Under the pieces are notes generated by a model. That model had not been told where the DNA came from. It was given only the letters and a program-made list of their open reading frames with translations, and ran no database searches. Shown here one piece after another: positions 19,233-28,719 of a stretch of DNA of 64,000 nucleotides. The translations under genes were made by a program, and so were the position numbers. How positions within the stretch are numbered: the stretch's first letter is position 1; every line of letters starts with the position of its first letter. Origin of the DNA: Candidatus Azotimanducaceae bacterium (GTDB lineage: Bacteria; Pseudomonadota; Gammaproteobacteria; Pseudomonadales; Azotimanducaceae). The stretch is from contig OZ244128.1 of assembly GCA_965215995.1 (NCBI GenBank), positions 400,284 to 464,283 of the forward strand, written 5' to 3'.

Positions 19233-19841
19233 TCAGGTTGCGAACGCCTCCGCGCAGGCGGGTCGGGCCAGCAGACGCTCCACATAGGCGGCCAGATTCG
19301 GCATGTCTTCGCCGATCAGCCCCATGCGGTTGCTCATGATGCAGGCATGGCCGAGCATGATGTCCGCGGCGGAGAACTCACCAGCCAGATATTCCTTCCC
19401 CTCCAACGCTTCATCGATGGGCTTGAGTGCCCGGCCCAGTAGTTTCTGTGCCTGCGCCAGCACCGTTTCGTCGCGACGGTCTGGCGGCAGCAGCATGGTC
19501 TGCACGACGATGGTGTTGATCGGCGGCATCACCATGCCTTCGCAGTAATGAAACCACTGCAGGTAGGCCGGATACTCGGGCGAGTCCACATCGGGCTTGA
19601 GCTTGCCCGGCGCATGGCGGGCCAGCACGTACTCGATGATGGCGCCGGACTCGAAGATGCGTACATCGTCGTCGTCCAGAACCGGGACGCGGCCGAGAGG
19701 ATGGCGCGCCCTGTGCGCGTCGGATTTGAGATCTTCCGGATGAAAGCGCATGGCGTTCAGCTCAAATGGCATATCGAGTTCCTTGAACAGCCAAACGATC
19801 CGGCCGGCACGGCTGTTGGGCGCATGGTGCAAAGTGAGCAT
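19233..19841 (-). CDS. glutathione S-transferase family protein
   Basis: MLTLHHAPNSRAGRIVW...PLGRVPVLDDDDVRIFESGAIIEYV (GST N-terminal domain). The start is trimmed to the ATG at 19841, which has a GGAG RBS. Confidence 0.85.
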   Translation of the reverse strand: MLTLHHAPNSRAGRIVWLFKELDMPFELNAMRFHPEDLKSDAHRARHPLGRVPVLDDDDVRIFESGAIIEYVLARHAPGKLKPDVDSPEYPAYLQWFHYCEGMVMPPINTIVVQTMLLPPDRRDETVLAQAQKLLGRALKPIDEALEGKEYLAGEFSAADIMLGHACIMSNRMGLIGEDMPNLAAYVERLLARPACAEAFAT

Positions 19842-19910
19842 TGGAATCTCCCCAGGTAGGTTGAGCCGACTACAATAAGCCAATCACCAGCCTCCGGATA
19901 GCTCAGCAAC

Positions 19911-21203
19911 GTGAAACCCAGCCGCCTTGCCTCCCTGCTGCTGTTGTTTTTACTCGGCGGTTGCCAGTCCCAACTCATGCTCATGCCAACCCCGGAAGTA
20001 CTGAAGGATGAGCGGTTCAATCTGTTCGAAGCCAACCCGGCGCCGTTGACCAGCAACGAGATCGCCACCCTCTACGTCACCACCAGGGTGCCGGACGAAA
20101 ACCGCAGCGACTTCTTCAAAGGTCAGCCCGATCAGCGACTGCACTTTGGCTACGCCGAGCTCCGTATCGGCGAAGAAGATCTGAACCTGTTCGAGCTGAT
20201 CAGCCAGTCGACCACCGGGGAGCGCAAGGAGAAGTTCGCTTGGAGCCTGCTCGAAGCGCCGATCCTCTCCTCCACCGCCAGACCCTCCGGAGCAACCCTG
20301 GGCCCGACCCTGCCGGAAGCCATGGCCGATGCCGTTGCCGCCCTGAATGACTACATAGACGAGAACCCGATCAAGGAACTGACCCTGTACGCCCACGGCG
20401 CGAACAACACCTTCTACTGGTCCGTGGCCCAGGGCGCTCAGTTTCAGTACTTCACCGGTGACAACGCCATGGTGCTCACGTTCGCCTGGCCCTCGCCGGG
20501 CAGCATCTGGGGCTACGGCAAAGACAAGCGCCGGGCGGACGCGGCGGCGACGGATCTCGCCTATCTGATCGAGCTGCTGGCCCATCATTCCACCGCCTCC
20601 CGAATCAACCTGATCGCCTACAGTGCCGGTGGTCGTGTGGTCGGCGGCGCGCTCGAGCAACTGGCTGAGCGCTATCAGGACTGGGCGTCTCTGAAGATCG
20701 GGCACGTGTATCTGACCCAATCAGATCAGCCTCTGGCGGACTTTGTAGACGCACTGCCAAAGTTCTTTCCGCTCCTCGAAGGCCTGACGGTAACCGCGGC
20801 GGCGGGCGATCCGGTGCTCGGCATGGCGAAAATCACCGACCGGAAGCTACGCCTCGGTGCCACGGGTGAAGGAGACGGCATCAACCTCGGGCTCAGCGAC
20901 GAGCACTACCAGCAGCTGGTGGACATCATGAACTCGGAGAAAATGGTGTTCATCGATCTGCTCAACGTGCCCGCCACCGAGTATCGCTTCACCCACGGCG
21001 CCTGGTACGACAGCTCCTGGGTGAGCACCGACGTGATGGTGACGCTGCTGGGTGGGCTGACGGCCGATGAGCGAGGTCTGGAGCCGCGAGTCGTGAACGA
21101 TGTACGGATATGGGTTTTTCCCGACGACTACGTGGAGCGGGTGAAGGAGAACATCATCGCCCGGTCGGGGGAGAACAGGCAGGTGGCAGTGCCAGATTCA
21201 TGA
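19911..21203 (+). CDS. lipoprotein, alpha/beta hydrolase (DUF900-like)
   Basis: GTG start. Lipobox is LLLFLLGGC and the nucleophile elbow is IAYSAGG. The DUF900 label is from memory of the family pattern. Confidence 0.7.
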   Translation: MKPSRLASLLLLFLLGGCQSQLMLMPTPEVLKDERFNLFEANPAPLTSNEIATLYVTTRVPDENRSDFFKGQPDQRLHFGYAELRIGEEDLNLFELISQSTTGERKEKFAWSLLEAPILSSTARPSGATLGPTLPEAMADAVAALNDYIDENPIKELTLYAHGANNTFYWSVAQGAQFQYFTGDNAMVLTFAWPSPGSIWGYGKDKRRADAAATDLAYLIELLAHHSTASRINLIAYSAGGRVVGGALEQLAERYQDWASLKIGHVYLTQSDQPLADFVDALPKFFPLLEGLTVTAAAGDPVLGMAKITDRKLRLGATGEGDGINLGLSDEHYQQLVDIMNSEKMVFIDLLNVPATEYRFTHGAWYDSSWVSTDVMVTLLGGLTADERGLEPRVVNDVRIWVFPDDYVERVKENIIARSGENRQVAVPDS

Positions 21204-22656
21204 AGCGGCCAATCTCTCCGAGCTGATACTCGAAGATCGGGTTGAACGTCTGCCGCAGGAAACCGGCGGCAGAAACCCTGAGCGCACCGCCTTCGCCGCG
21301 CAACACGACGTTGCCGAGCTGAATGCGATCGACTCTGTCTTCTGCGGCAGCGCCACCATAGAGCGAATCGTCCGGCGGAAACGTCGGGGCGATGTGCGAC
21401 AGAGAGTAGGATCCGGCTGGCCAGAGCGCGTCGAGCTCACAGCTTTCCCCGGCACGTCCCGGGCCGGCGCCGGTTTTCGCCAGCACGGACCTCGCGCTCT
21501 CCACCGTGTTGCTGACCACCGTGAACTCGTAACCGCGGCTGCTTCGCGACAACAGCTCATCCAATATGGATCGCGGATCCTGTGTGAGCAACGGCTCGAC
21601 TTCCGTGCTGCGATTGAAATCGTAGACCACCAGAGCGTGATCAGGTCCCTCAGCACGTCGCGGCAGCCGGTCATAGAGCACTTCAATCACTGCCGGTGCT
21701 TCGATGGTGGTGTCCGCCACCGATTGGAAACTCAATACGGGTGGCAGCCCGGCAAGCCGGCCGGCTCCTGCGGCGGCCGCAAGCCTCGCGTCCACGTGCC
21801 TGGCCAGCCGCCAGACCTGCACTGCCGCGTTCAGGGGGAACGAACGATATTTGAACGGATCGTATTCGAGCTCAATACTGTTCCAGGCAACCTTCTCGAG
21901 CCCCAGCACACGACCGAGCCTGGCCTGCCACGGCGTAAGCGCCGCCAGCGGGGTGATCCCCATCGCAGGAGAGAACAGCACCAACCCATCGGGTAGCGGC
22001 ACCTGGGAAGTGCCGTCCGGCTGCGCCATCGCTTCGAGTGACAGCTCTATCGCCAGCGGCCCACCGGTAGAGTAGCCGAACACGTAGAGCGGCTTGTCAC
22101 GAACAACTTCGTCGACATGCCTGGCTGCCAGCGCGACAGCACCATACATGTCCTCCCAGGTGGTGCGGGTGAGACTGGCAGGGGCGGTGCCATGGCCGGG
22201 GTAGCGGAGCCCGACAACGTGAACCCCTTCCCCGTGCAGCCGTTCGGCAAGCGCCCGCAGGCTATATGGCGAATCGGACATCCCGTGCAGCATCAGCACA
22301 CCGGCCACCGGATGGTCGTGCTCGAGCTCGTAGCTCCGATTCCAGTTCCGTTGCCAGCGCCCCGGCGAGGAGACTGATTCAGGTGCGTAGCGATTGATCA
22401 CGTTTGCCGGATGGGCTGGCAGCAGCTCTGTCACCTCCGCGGCAAGCTCTGCAAATACCGCTTCTTCCAGAGCAAGGTAGTCCTGAAAGCTGGCCACCTC
22501 ACTGTCCTGCTGATACTCGGAAGGCAGTTCGGCCCGGTGCCAGATGTCCAGGTCCTCACGGCTTTCCAGGTAGTAAAGCAGACCGGCAACCAGCGCCAGG
22601 GTCGCCCCAAACAAACCGTAAAGGAGGAAAAGCCCCAGTTGCCTGGCAAGCCGCAT
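21154..22656 (-). CDS. membrane-anchored alpha/beta hydrolase (lysophospholipase/S33-like)
   Basis: 500 aa. It has an N-terminal TM helix, an HGMSDSP oxyanion region and the nucleophile elbow FGYSTGG. Its 3' end overlaps the convergent gene by 50 nt. Confidence 0.75.
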   Translation of the reverse strand: MRLARQLGLFLLYGLFGATLALVAGLLYYLESREDLDIWHRAELPSEYQQDSEVASFQDYLALEEAVFAELAAEVTELLPAHPANVINRYAPESVSSPGRWQRNWNRSYELEHDHPVAGVLMLHGMSDSPYSLRALAERLHGEGVHVVGLRYPGHGTAPASLTRTTWEDMYGAVALAARHVDEVVRDKPLYVFGYSTGGPLAIELSLEAMAQPDGTSQVPLPDGLVLFSPAMGITPLAALTPWQARLGRVLGLEKVAWNSIELEYDPFKYRSFPLNAAVQVWRLARHVDARLAAAAGAGRLAGLPPVLSFQSVADTTIEAPAVIEVLYDRLPRRAEGPDHALVVYDFNRSTEVEPLLTQDPRSILDELLSRSSRGYEFTVVSNTVESARSVLAKTGAGPGRAGESCELDALWPAGSYSLSHIAPTFPPDDSLYGGAAAEDRVDRIQLGNVVLRGEGGALRVSAAGFLRQTFNPIFEYQLGEIGRFMNLALPPACSPPTGR

Positions 22657-22706
22657 CGTCAGTATTCCCTGATGTGATCTCCGCCCGCCATCTTAGTATC
22701 CTCCGA

Positions 22707-22727
22707 AGGCTTCGAGATAGGCTTCGA
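22707..22727. repeat. tandem direct repeat AGGCTTCGA-gat-AGGCTTCGA
   Basis: Two exact 9-mers with 12-nt periodicity, ending 10 nt upstream of the ATG at 22738. Confidence 0.3.
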
Positions 22728-22737
22728 TACAAGCAGC

Positions 22738-23259
22738 ATGCAGTCGGCGCAGAGCATAGCCAGGGCCCTCTACCGCATTGTCTTTCGCGGCGGGACACCG
22801 CAGCGTATCCAGTTTTCCACGACCGTGCTGTTCGGCGCCATCTGCACTACGCTTGCCACGATCGTGCTCAGCGGTCGGTTCTTCTTCGGCCTATCCGCCG
22901 TCGAGATCGGCCTGCTGCTGTTCACATTGCTGACCGGCCTCTACATTGGCAGTGCCCTGCTGACCCGCTCCGTCCCGAGAGCAAAATTGCGATCCAGCCT
23001 GCTGACGGTACTGCTGCTGCTTGGTTCGGCGGGCATCGTGTTCCTGCTTCTGATTCCGTTCCGTGAGCTGGATGCCAGAGTGGTGTTGATCTCGAGCGCT
23101 CTGGTTTGCCTGGCGGTGCTCAGCGGTACCACCAATACCCTCCAGTACGCGAAAGGTGGCAGTCGAGGCAACGCCGCGCTCTTAGCCGTTGCCTTTGCAG
23201 CAGTGCTCGGCGCCTTCTACGCCACCCTGCGCTGGCTGCTCGAGACAGTTTTTTCCTGA
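22738..23259 (+). CDS. hypothetical integral membrane protein (173 aa)
   Basis: Four to five hydrophobic segments. The stop lies 2 nt before the start of the next gene. Confidence 0.6.
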   Translation: MQSAQSIARALYRIVFRGGTPQRIQFSTTVLFGAICTTLATIVLSGRFFFGLSAVEIGLLLFTLLTGLYIGSALLTRSVPRAKLRSSLLTVLLLLGSAGIVFLLLIPFRELDARVVLISSALVCLAVLSGTTNTLQYAKGGSRGNAALLAVAFAAVLGAFYATLRWLLETVFS

Positions 23260-23261
23260 GC

Positions 23262-24434
23262 ATGGAAGAACTGCTGACCATTCCCCAGAACGTGCTGCTC
23301 GGCGCCATCGGCCTGCTGGACGCCCTCCCGGACGGTGCCCGCGGCGCTCTAGCTGCCGGATTTCTGATTCTGTTTCTGCGCTACTTCGAAGTCCGTATCC
23401 CCAGCTTCGAAATCCAGTACGGTCAGTCGTTCCGGAAAACCGCTCTGGTTGTGTTGGTGCTTATTCCAACCTTTGTCTGGCTGATACCGGCAAGCCGGAT
23501 GACCGTCTATGTGGACGAACTGGAACCGGCAACCTCCGGCACTCACCCATTCTGGCTCGCCCTGCTCCTGCTCTGGCTGGCAGGAGGGCTGATTTCGCTC
23601 AGCGCGTTGATCCGCGCGCAGCTGAGGGTGCGCGCAGAAATGCGCTCTCTGACCCTGATCGACGACGAGAAGCTGCTGGGCAGGCTCGCACACTGGCAGC
23701 GCCGACTCGGGCTCGAAGGAAGCGTCGACCTGGTGGAAGCACCTGGCACCGCGCCACGGTTTCTCACCTCCGGTGAGCTCGTGGCATTCCCGGCTGCTGC
23801 CCGACACTGGCCAGGTAATCTGCAGGACGTGCTTCTCATACTGAGCCTCGTCCACCTCAAACGGCGGCATAGGCGCTGGCACCGAATCGGCTGGATGGTG
23901 AGCTGCATCTACTGGCCCCTACCCTGGGTCCAACGCCTGGTTGACAATCTTATCCACGACTTCCAGCAATCGGCAGATGAGCTTGCCGAGTCCTGCTACC
24001 GTGACCGGTTGGGGTATGACCGGGCGCTGCGACAGCTGGCACAGAGACTCGAGCCGCCCCGCCGCGACAGCACCGCAGCCAACGGTGAGCAGAAAAAGGA
24101 TCTGCAGACCAGGCTGACTTCTGCCTGGCGCAACTACGCTGCGGCAATTCGGCGGCTGCTCAACCCGACCATCGAGCCACACTGGCAGCTCGCCGAGCTG
24201 CTCAGCGAGCGCAGCGACGACAATCAGTTGTCGTGGACCGATCCCTACGATCGCGTGGTGCTCTTTGTTGGTCAGGCGGTGTTTCTCGCCTTTCTGCTCA
24301 CTGGCACCACGCTGAAGGAGCGTCCGCCGGAAGTGGACTACGAGTACTCCTTCCCGTTCGAGCTGTTCTGGAAAGAACACTTCCACAGAAATCTCGAGCT
24401 CCAGGAAAAGGTGCAGCCACCACCACCGTCCTGA
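23262..24434 (+). CDS. BlaR1/M56 peptidase-like membrane protein lacking the HExxH motif
   Basis: Track ORF 23106 is trimmed to the ATG at 23262. It has TM segments, then PRFLTSGELVAFP...LSLVHLKRRHRRWH...IYWPLPWV. This parallels M56 (...HELAHIKRRD...FWFNPLVW), but the first His and the Glu are replaced. Confidence 0.6.
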   Translation: MEELLTIPQNVLLGAIGLLDALPDGARGALAAGFLILFLRYFEVRIPSFEIQYGQSFRKTALVVLVLIPTFVWLIPASRMTVYVDELEPATSGTHPFWLALLLLWLAGGLISLSALIRAQLRVRAEMRSLTLIDDEKLLGRLAHWQRRLGLEGSVDLVEAPGTAPRFLTSGELVAFPAAARHWPGNLQDVLLILSLVHLKRRHRRWHRIGWMVSCIYWPLPWVQRLVDNLIHDFQQSADELAESCYRDRLGYDRALRQLAQRLEPPRRDSTAANGEQKKDLQTRLTSAWRNYAAAIRRLLNPTIEPHWQLAELLSERSDDNQLSWTDPYDRVVLFVGQAVFLAFLLTGTTLKERPPEVDYEYSFPFELFWKEHFHRNLELQEKVQPPPPS

Positions 24435-24516
24435 CGGCAACTACGTATACCCGCCTGAGCAGCGGCTGGAGAGAATGCGGTTTTTTAACCAGGCAAGCAG
24501 CCAGGAGGTATCAGTA

Positions 24517-24999
24517 GTGCTCAAGGAAGTCAGCGGAGACATTCTTCTCTCTAAAGCTCAGGTCGTTGCGCACGGCGTTGCCCCGGCAGACCACTTCAAT
24601 CAAGGTCTGGCCCTCAGCCTCCGGCAGCAGTACCCGGCCATGGCCAAGGACTTCCGGCACTACTGTCAGGTCAGTCACCCGAAAGCAGGCGAGATCTGGG
24701 CCTGGGCGAGTGCGGACGGCAAGCGGATCATCAACCTGATGGTGCAGGAAGAAGCGCCCAGCAAGCAGGCCCGGCCAGGCAAGGCCACCACCCACACGGT
24801 GAACGTAGCTCTGCGCAATCTGCGCTCACTGATCGAGGAAGAGGGCTTCAAGAGCATCGCTCTGCCCCGTCTGGCTACAGGCGTCGGCGGTCTGGACTGG
24901 GACGAGGTGAAACCGCTGATCGACAACCACCTGGGTGATTTAAAATTACCCGTCTATATCTACACCAACTTCAAGGCGGGTGAGCAGGCAGCCGAATAG
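24517..24999 (+). CDS. macrodomain protein, TARG1/OARD1-like
   Basis: GTG start 8 nt after AGGAGG. LKEVSGDILLSKAQVVAHGV...IALPRLATGVGGLDWDEV...VYIY resembles the TARG1-type macrodomain. Confidence 0.75.
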   Translation: MLKEVSGDILLSKAQVVAHGVAPADHFNQGLALSLRQQYPAMAKDFRHYCQVSHPKAGEIWAWASADGKRIINLMVQEEAPSKQARPGKATTHTVNVALRNLRSLIEEEGFKSIALPRLATGVGGLDWDEVKPLIDNHLGDLKLPVYIYTNFKAGEQAAE

Positions 25000-25112
25000 C
25001 TCGAACAACGGTCCGGGTCGACGCCCATCCTGCCGAGCGCTGACCGGCCATCGACTGGCGGGCCTCACTCACATCCCCCATACTCCGGGGCTTCATCAGG
25101 AAGGGGCTCGGA

Positions 25113-28100
25113 ATGAACACGGCGACGCGCACCGCGTTGACCGGCGTGGCCATCGCCGGTTTTCTCTCTGGCTGCGGCGATGATCCCGCCACACCCGAGG
25201 CACAGACAACCACCGAATCCGTCGCCCCGGCGGCAGAAGCAACTCCGCCGCCAGCAAGTCAGATGGCGAGTGGCAAGACGCCGGTCACCGTCAGCGAAGG
25301 CACCAATCTCTCCTTTTCGCTGAGTCCCGACGGCGGAACCCTGGTGTTCAGCCTGCAGGGCGTGCTCTTCAGCGTTCCGGTCTCGGGCGGGCCTGCCACG
25401 GTGCTCACCGATTACTACCAGGACGCCAGGGAGCCCGTCTGGAATCGGGATGGTAGCCTCATCATCTATCAGGGTTACCGCAGTGGGAACTGGGACCTCT
25501 GGTCACTGCCCGTTGCCGGTGGTGATCCGCTACCGCTGACGACGGATGCCTTCGACGACAGGGAACCACAGGTATCACCCTCCGGTGCTCAGATAGCCTT
25601 CTCTTCGGACAGAAGTGGCAACTACGATATCTGGTTGCTTTCCGTCGCAGACGGCAGCCTGACTCAGGTGACCGACACACCGGAAAACGAATCTGGACCC
25701 GCCTGGTCGCCGGATGGCAACGAGATCGCCTACGCGGCCAGCGCCAATCGCCAGAACGCCGAGGTCAGGAGCACCAACCTGATCACCCGGGAAACCCGGA
25801 TGCTGGCGGCAGATAGCGGCAGCGTAGCGGGTATCAGCTGGCATCCCGATGGCAGCAGGCTTACTTACCAGAACGCTCTGCCGGGCAGCACGAGCCTGAA
25901 GGCTCTGACCCCCTCTACCGGCATGAGCGAAACACTCAGCCAGCCTGATGACGACATCTTCCCGTTCAGGGCAACCTGGGCAGCAGACGGCAGCCTGCTC
26001 TATGCCGGCAATGGTGGCATCCAGCGCCAAGGTGCCGATGGTTCCCGGGCGCCAATCCCCTTCGAAGCCACCTTCGAACTCGATCGGCCGGACTACCAGC
26101 GCCGTCGCCGTGACCATGATGACGTAGCACCTCGTCAGGCACTGGGCCTGTCACAGCCCGTCATCTCCCCGGATGGCCAGCAGATCGCATTCACCGCACT
26201 GGGTGACATCTGGCTCTGGTCACCGGACGCGCAGGAACTGCGCAACGCGACGGACAGCCCCTTCGCTGAGCGTTCGCCCCAGTACTCGCCGGACGGCAAT
26301 CGGATCGCCTATGTCTCTGACCGTGGCGCAGATGGTGGTCAGCGCACCGCACTGTGGATCTACGACATAGCGCAGGATACGCACACACCCGTGAGCCTGC
26401 CCAACGACTCCGTTTTCGCACCCGCCTGGTCGCCGGACGGGAAATCCGTAGCACTGTTCGCCAGCATCGCCGGCAGTCCGCTGGCGAGCCAGCTCACCAT
26501 CGCCAATCTGGAAGATGGCAGCCTGACACCCGTGCACACGCCCATACCTGAGCAAGGAATTTCCTGGAGCGGTGACGGTACGTTTGTGGCAACAACGGAA
26601 CTTGCCCCTTACTCGAGCCGTTATCGGGAAGGCGTGTACCAGATGATCGTCACCTCCCCCGCAACGGGAGAGCAGTACCGGGTAGAGCCGGTCCAGCACA
26701 AGAGCATGACCAACGCGGCGCTCACACCGTTCGGGCAGGCCATGACCTACATACAGGATGGCCAGCTCTGGCAACAGAATCTGTCTGAAGATTTCCAGCC
26801 GACAGGTTACCCGGAACCACTGACAGCCGGACTCACGGACGCACCCAGCTGGAGCAGCGGTGGCCAGTACCTGGTGTACATGAACGCCGATCGCATGATG
26901 CGGTTGAACGTGGACACAGGTGCGGCGGAGGACATCACACCACCCGTTCAATGGCGACCGTCTCTGATCACCGCCAACTACACGCTGAAGGTGGGCAAAC
27001 TGTTCGATGGCACCGGCGAGCGCTATCTCGAAAATGCGCTGATCACCATCGATGGCAATCGGATTGTCAGCGTCGAGCCGGATGCCGTGGATGCGGTAGC
27101 GGATCTGGATGCCTCGGACAAAGCGGCCTTCCCCGGGTTGTTCGAGATGCATGCTCATATGGGCGATGTCAGTGAGCCTCAGGGCCGGGCCTGGCTTGCC
27201 TGGGGCGTGACCACGGTGCGCGATCCCGGCTCGGACCCGTACGTGGCCAAAGAGCGTCAGGAGATCTGGGACAGCGGCACCTTCATCGGGCCCCGCACCC
27301 ACATCACCGGCTATCTCACCGACGGAAACCGGGTCTACTACTCAGTGGCGGAAGGTATCGGGTCCGACGTGCACCTGGACCGGGCGCTGGATCGAGCCGG
27401 ACGACTGCAGCTCGACTTCATCAAGACCTACGTCCGTCTGCCTGATCATCGCCAGGAGCGGGTACTGGAGTTTGCCCATGAGGCCGGCATACCGGTTTCC
27501 TCCCACGAGCTGTTCCCTGCCGTTGCCTACGGCATGGACCACGTGGAGCACATCGGCGGCACCAGCCGGCGAGGCTACCAGCCGAAGGTCAGCGGGCTCG
27601 GTCGCAGCTACGGCGACGTGGTTCAACTGCTGGCCGAGTCCGGCATGGGTCTCACCCCCACCGCTGTGCTACCAGGCTACGCGGTGATCGCGGCCGAAGA
27701 GACCGACCTCTTTGCCACGCCCCAGTTCGACTACTTCTACGGCGCCACAGGACGTCAGGCGGCCGCCATGCTTGCCCGCATGTTCGGACCGGGAGCGGCC
27801 AGCACGGCAGAAAACAACGGCAGGTTTCTCAAGGCGCTGGCAGAGGCGGAAGCGCTGATCGTCAGCGGCACGGACTCTCCGTTCGTGCCTTACGGTGCCG
27901 GCCTGCATGCGGAACTCAGGCTGTATGCACGAGCCGGTCTGACACCGGTGCAGATCCTGAAAGCAGCGACGGTGAACGCAGCAAAGGCCGCGGGCGTGGA
28001 ACATGACATCGGCACCCTTAAGCCCGGCATGATCGCCGACCTGGTGGTGGTGGACGGCGACCCGCTCGCCAACATCGCCGATGCAGACAACGTGGTGATG

Positions 28101-28169
28101 ACCATCAAGAACGGCCGCGCCTACCATCTGCCGCAGCTGATGAAGGCGCCAGACGCAGCAGAGCCCTGA
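25113..28169 (+). CDS. lipoprotein with TolB-like beta-propeller repeats fused to an amidohydrolase domain
   Basis: 1018 aa with lipobox FLSGC. It has multiple PD40/TolB repeats (SPDGG, SPSGAQIAFSSDRSGNYDIW, WSPDGNEIAY, YSPDGNRIAYVSDR, WSPDGKSVA). The C-terminal amidohydrolase motifs are FEMHAHM and IADLVVVDGDPL. Confidence 0.85.
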   Translation: MNTATRTALTGVAIAGFLSGCGDDPATPEAQTTTESVAPAAEATPPPASQMASGKTPVTVSEGTNLSFSLSPDGGTLVFSLQGVLFSVPVSGGPATVLTDYYQDAREPVWNRDGSLIIYQGYRSGNWDLWSLPVAGGDPLPLTTDAFDDREPQVSPSGAQIAFSSDRSGNYDIWLLSVADGSLTQVTDTPENESGPAWSPDGNEIAYAASANRQNAEVRSTNLITRETRMLAADSGSVAGISWHPDGSRLTYQNALPGSTSLKALTPSTGMSETLSQPDDDIFPFRATWAADGSLLYAGNGGIQRQGADGSRAPIPFEATFELDRPDYQRRRRDHDDVAPRQALGLSQPVISPDGQQIAFTALGDIWLWSPDAQELRNATDSPFAERSPQYSPDGNRIAYVSDRGADGGQRTALWIYDIAQDTHTPVSLPNDSVFAPAWSPDGKSVALFASIAGSPLASQLTIANLEDGSLTPVHTPIPEQGISWSGDGTFVATTELAPYSSRYREGVYQMIVTSPATGEQYRVEPVQHKSMTNAALTPFGQAMTYIQDGQLWQQNLSEDFQPTGYPEPLTAGLTDAPSWSSGGQYLVYMNADRMMRLNVDTGAAEDITPPVQWRPSLITANYTLKVGKLFDGTGERYLENALITIDGNRIVSVEPDAVDAVADLDASDKAAFPGLFEMHAHMGDVSEPQGRAWLAWGVTTVRDPGSDPYVAKERQEIWDSGTFIGPRTHITGYLTDGNRVYYSVAEGIGSDVHLDRALDRAGRLQLDFIKTYVRLPDHRQERVLEFAHEAGIPVSSHELFPAVAYGMDHVEHIGGTSRRGYQPKVSGLGRSYGDVVQLLAESGMGLTPTAVLPGYAVIAAEETDLFATPQFDYFYGATGRQAAAMLARMFGPGAASTAENNGRFLKALAEAEALIVSGTDSPFVPYGAGLHAELRLYARAGLTPVQILKAATVNAAKAAGVEHDIGTLKPGMIADLVVVDGDPLANIADADNVVMTIKNGRAYHLPQLMKAPDAAEP

Positions 28170-28188
28170 TCTCAGGTCGGGCCTGCTG

Positions 28189-28719
28189 TCAGTCAGCCGG
28201 CCAGGCCCAGGTGAATCCTTGCTGATTCGGCATCTGCACGGCTGGCAGGGTGTTGGCATCCATGACCTGATCGCGATCGATCACCCCATTTTCCGCCAGC
28301 AGGTAGGAGGTCACTGCGTAAACGTCATCTGCACTCAGATTGCCGGGTTGGTGGTACGGCATGGACCGCCGGATGTAGTCGAACACCGTGGTGGCATAGG
28401 GCCAGTAGCTGCCAATCGTTTTCACCGGCTGCGTTGAGCCGAGTGAGCCTATCCCGCCGACCAGCCGGTCGTTCGGGCCGCCCTGACCACCATCTCCGTG
28501 GCAGATCCGACACTCGCGCTGATACACCGCGAGACCCTGATGCGCATCTCCGGAACCCTCCGGCAGGCCACGGCCGTCCGGCATCACAACGAAGTCCACG
28601 GCAGCCGCATCAGCCTCGCTGATGGGCGTGCCGAGACCGGGACCCTCTGCGGCAATCGCATGGCTCAGGATCCCGCACAACGCGGTCGCACAGAGCAACG
28701 CTCGCTCAAACGTAGACAT
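28189..28719 (-). CDS. c-type cytochrome subunit of sulfite dehydrogenase (SoxD/SorB-like)
   Basis: 176 aa with a signal peptide and the haem-binding site CRICH. It overlaps the upstream molybdoenzyme gene by 14 nt. Confidence 0.8.
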   Translation of the reverse strand: MSTFERALLCATALCGILSHAIAAEGPGLGTPISEADAAAVDFVVMPDGRGLPEGSGDAHQGLAVYQRECRICHGDGGQGGPNDRLVGGIGSLGSTQPVKTIGSYWPYATTVFDYIRRSMPYHQPGNLSADDVYAVTSYLLAENGVIDRDQVMDANTLPAVQMPNQQGFTWAWPAD

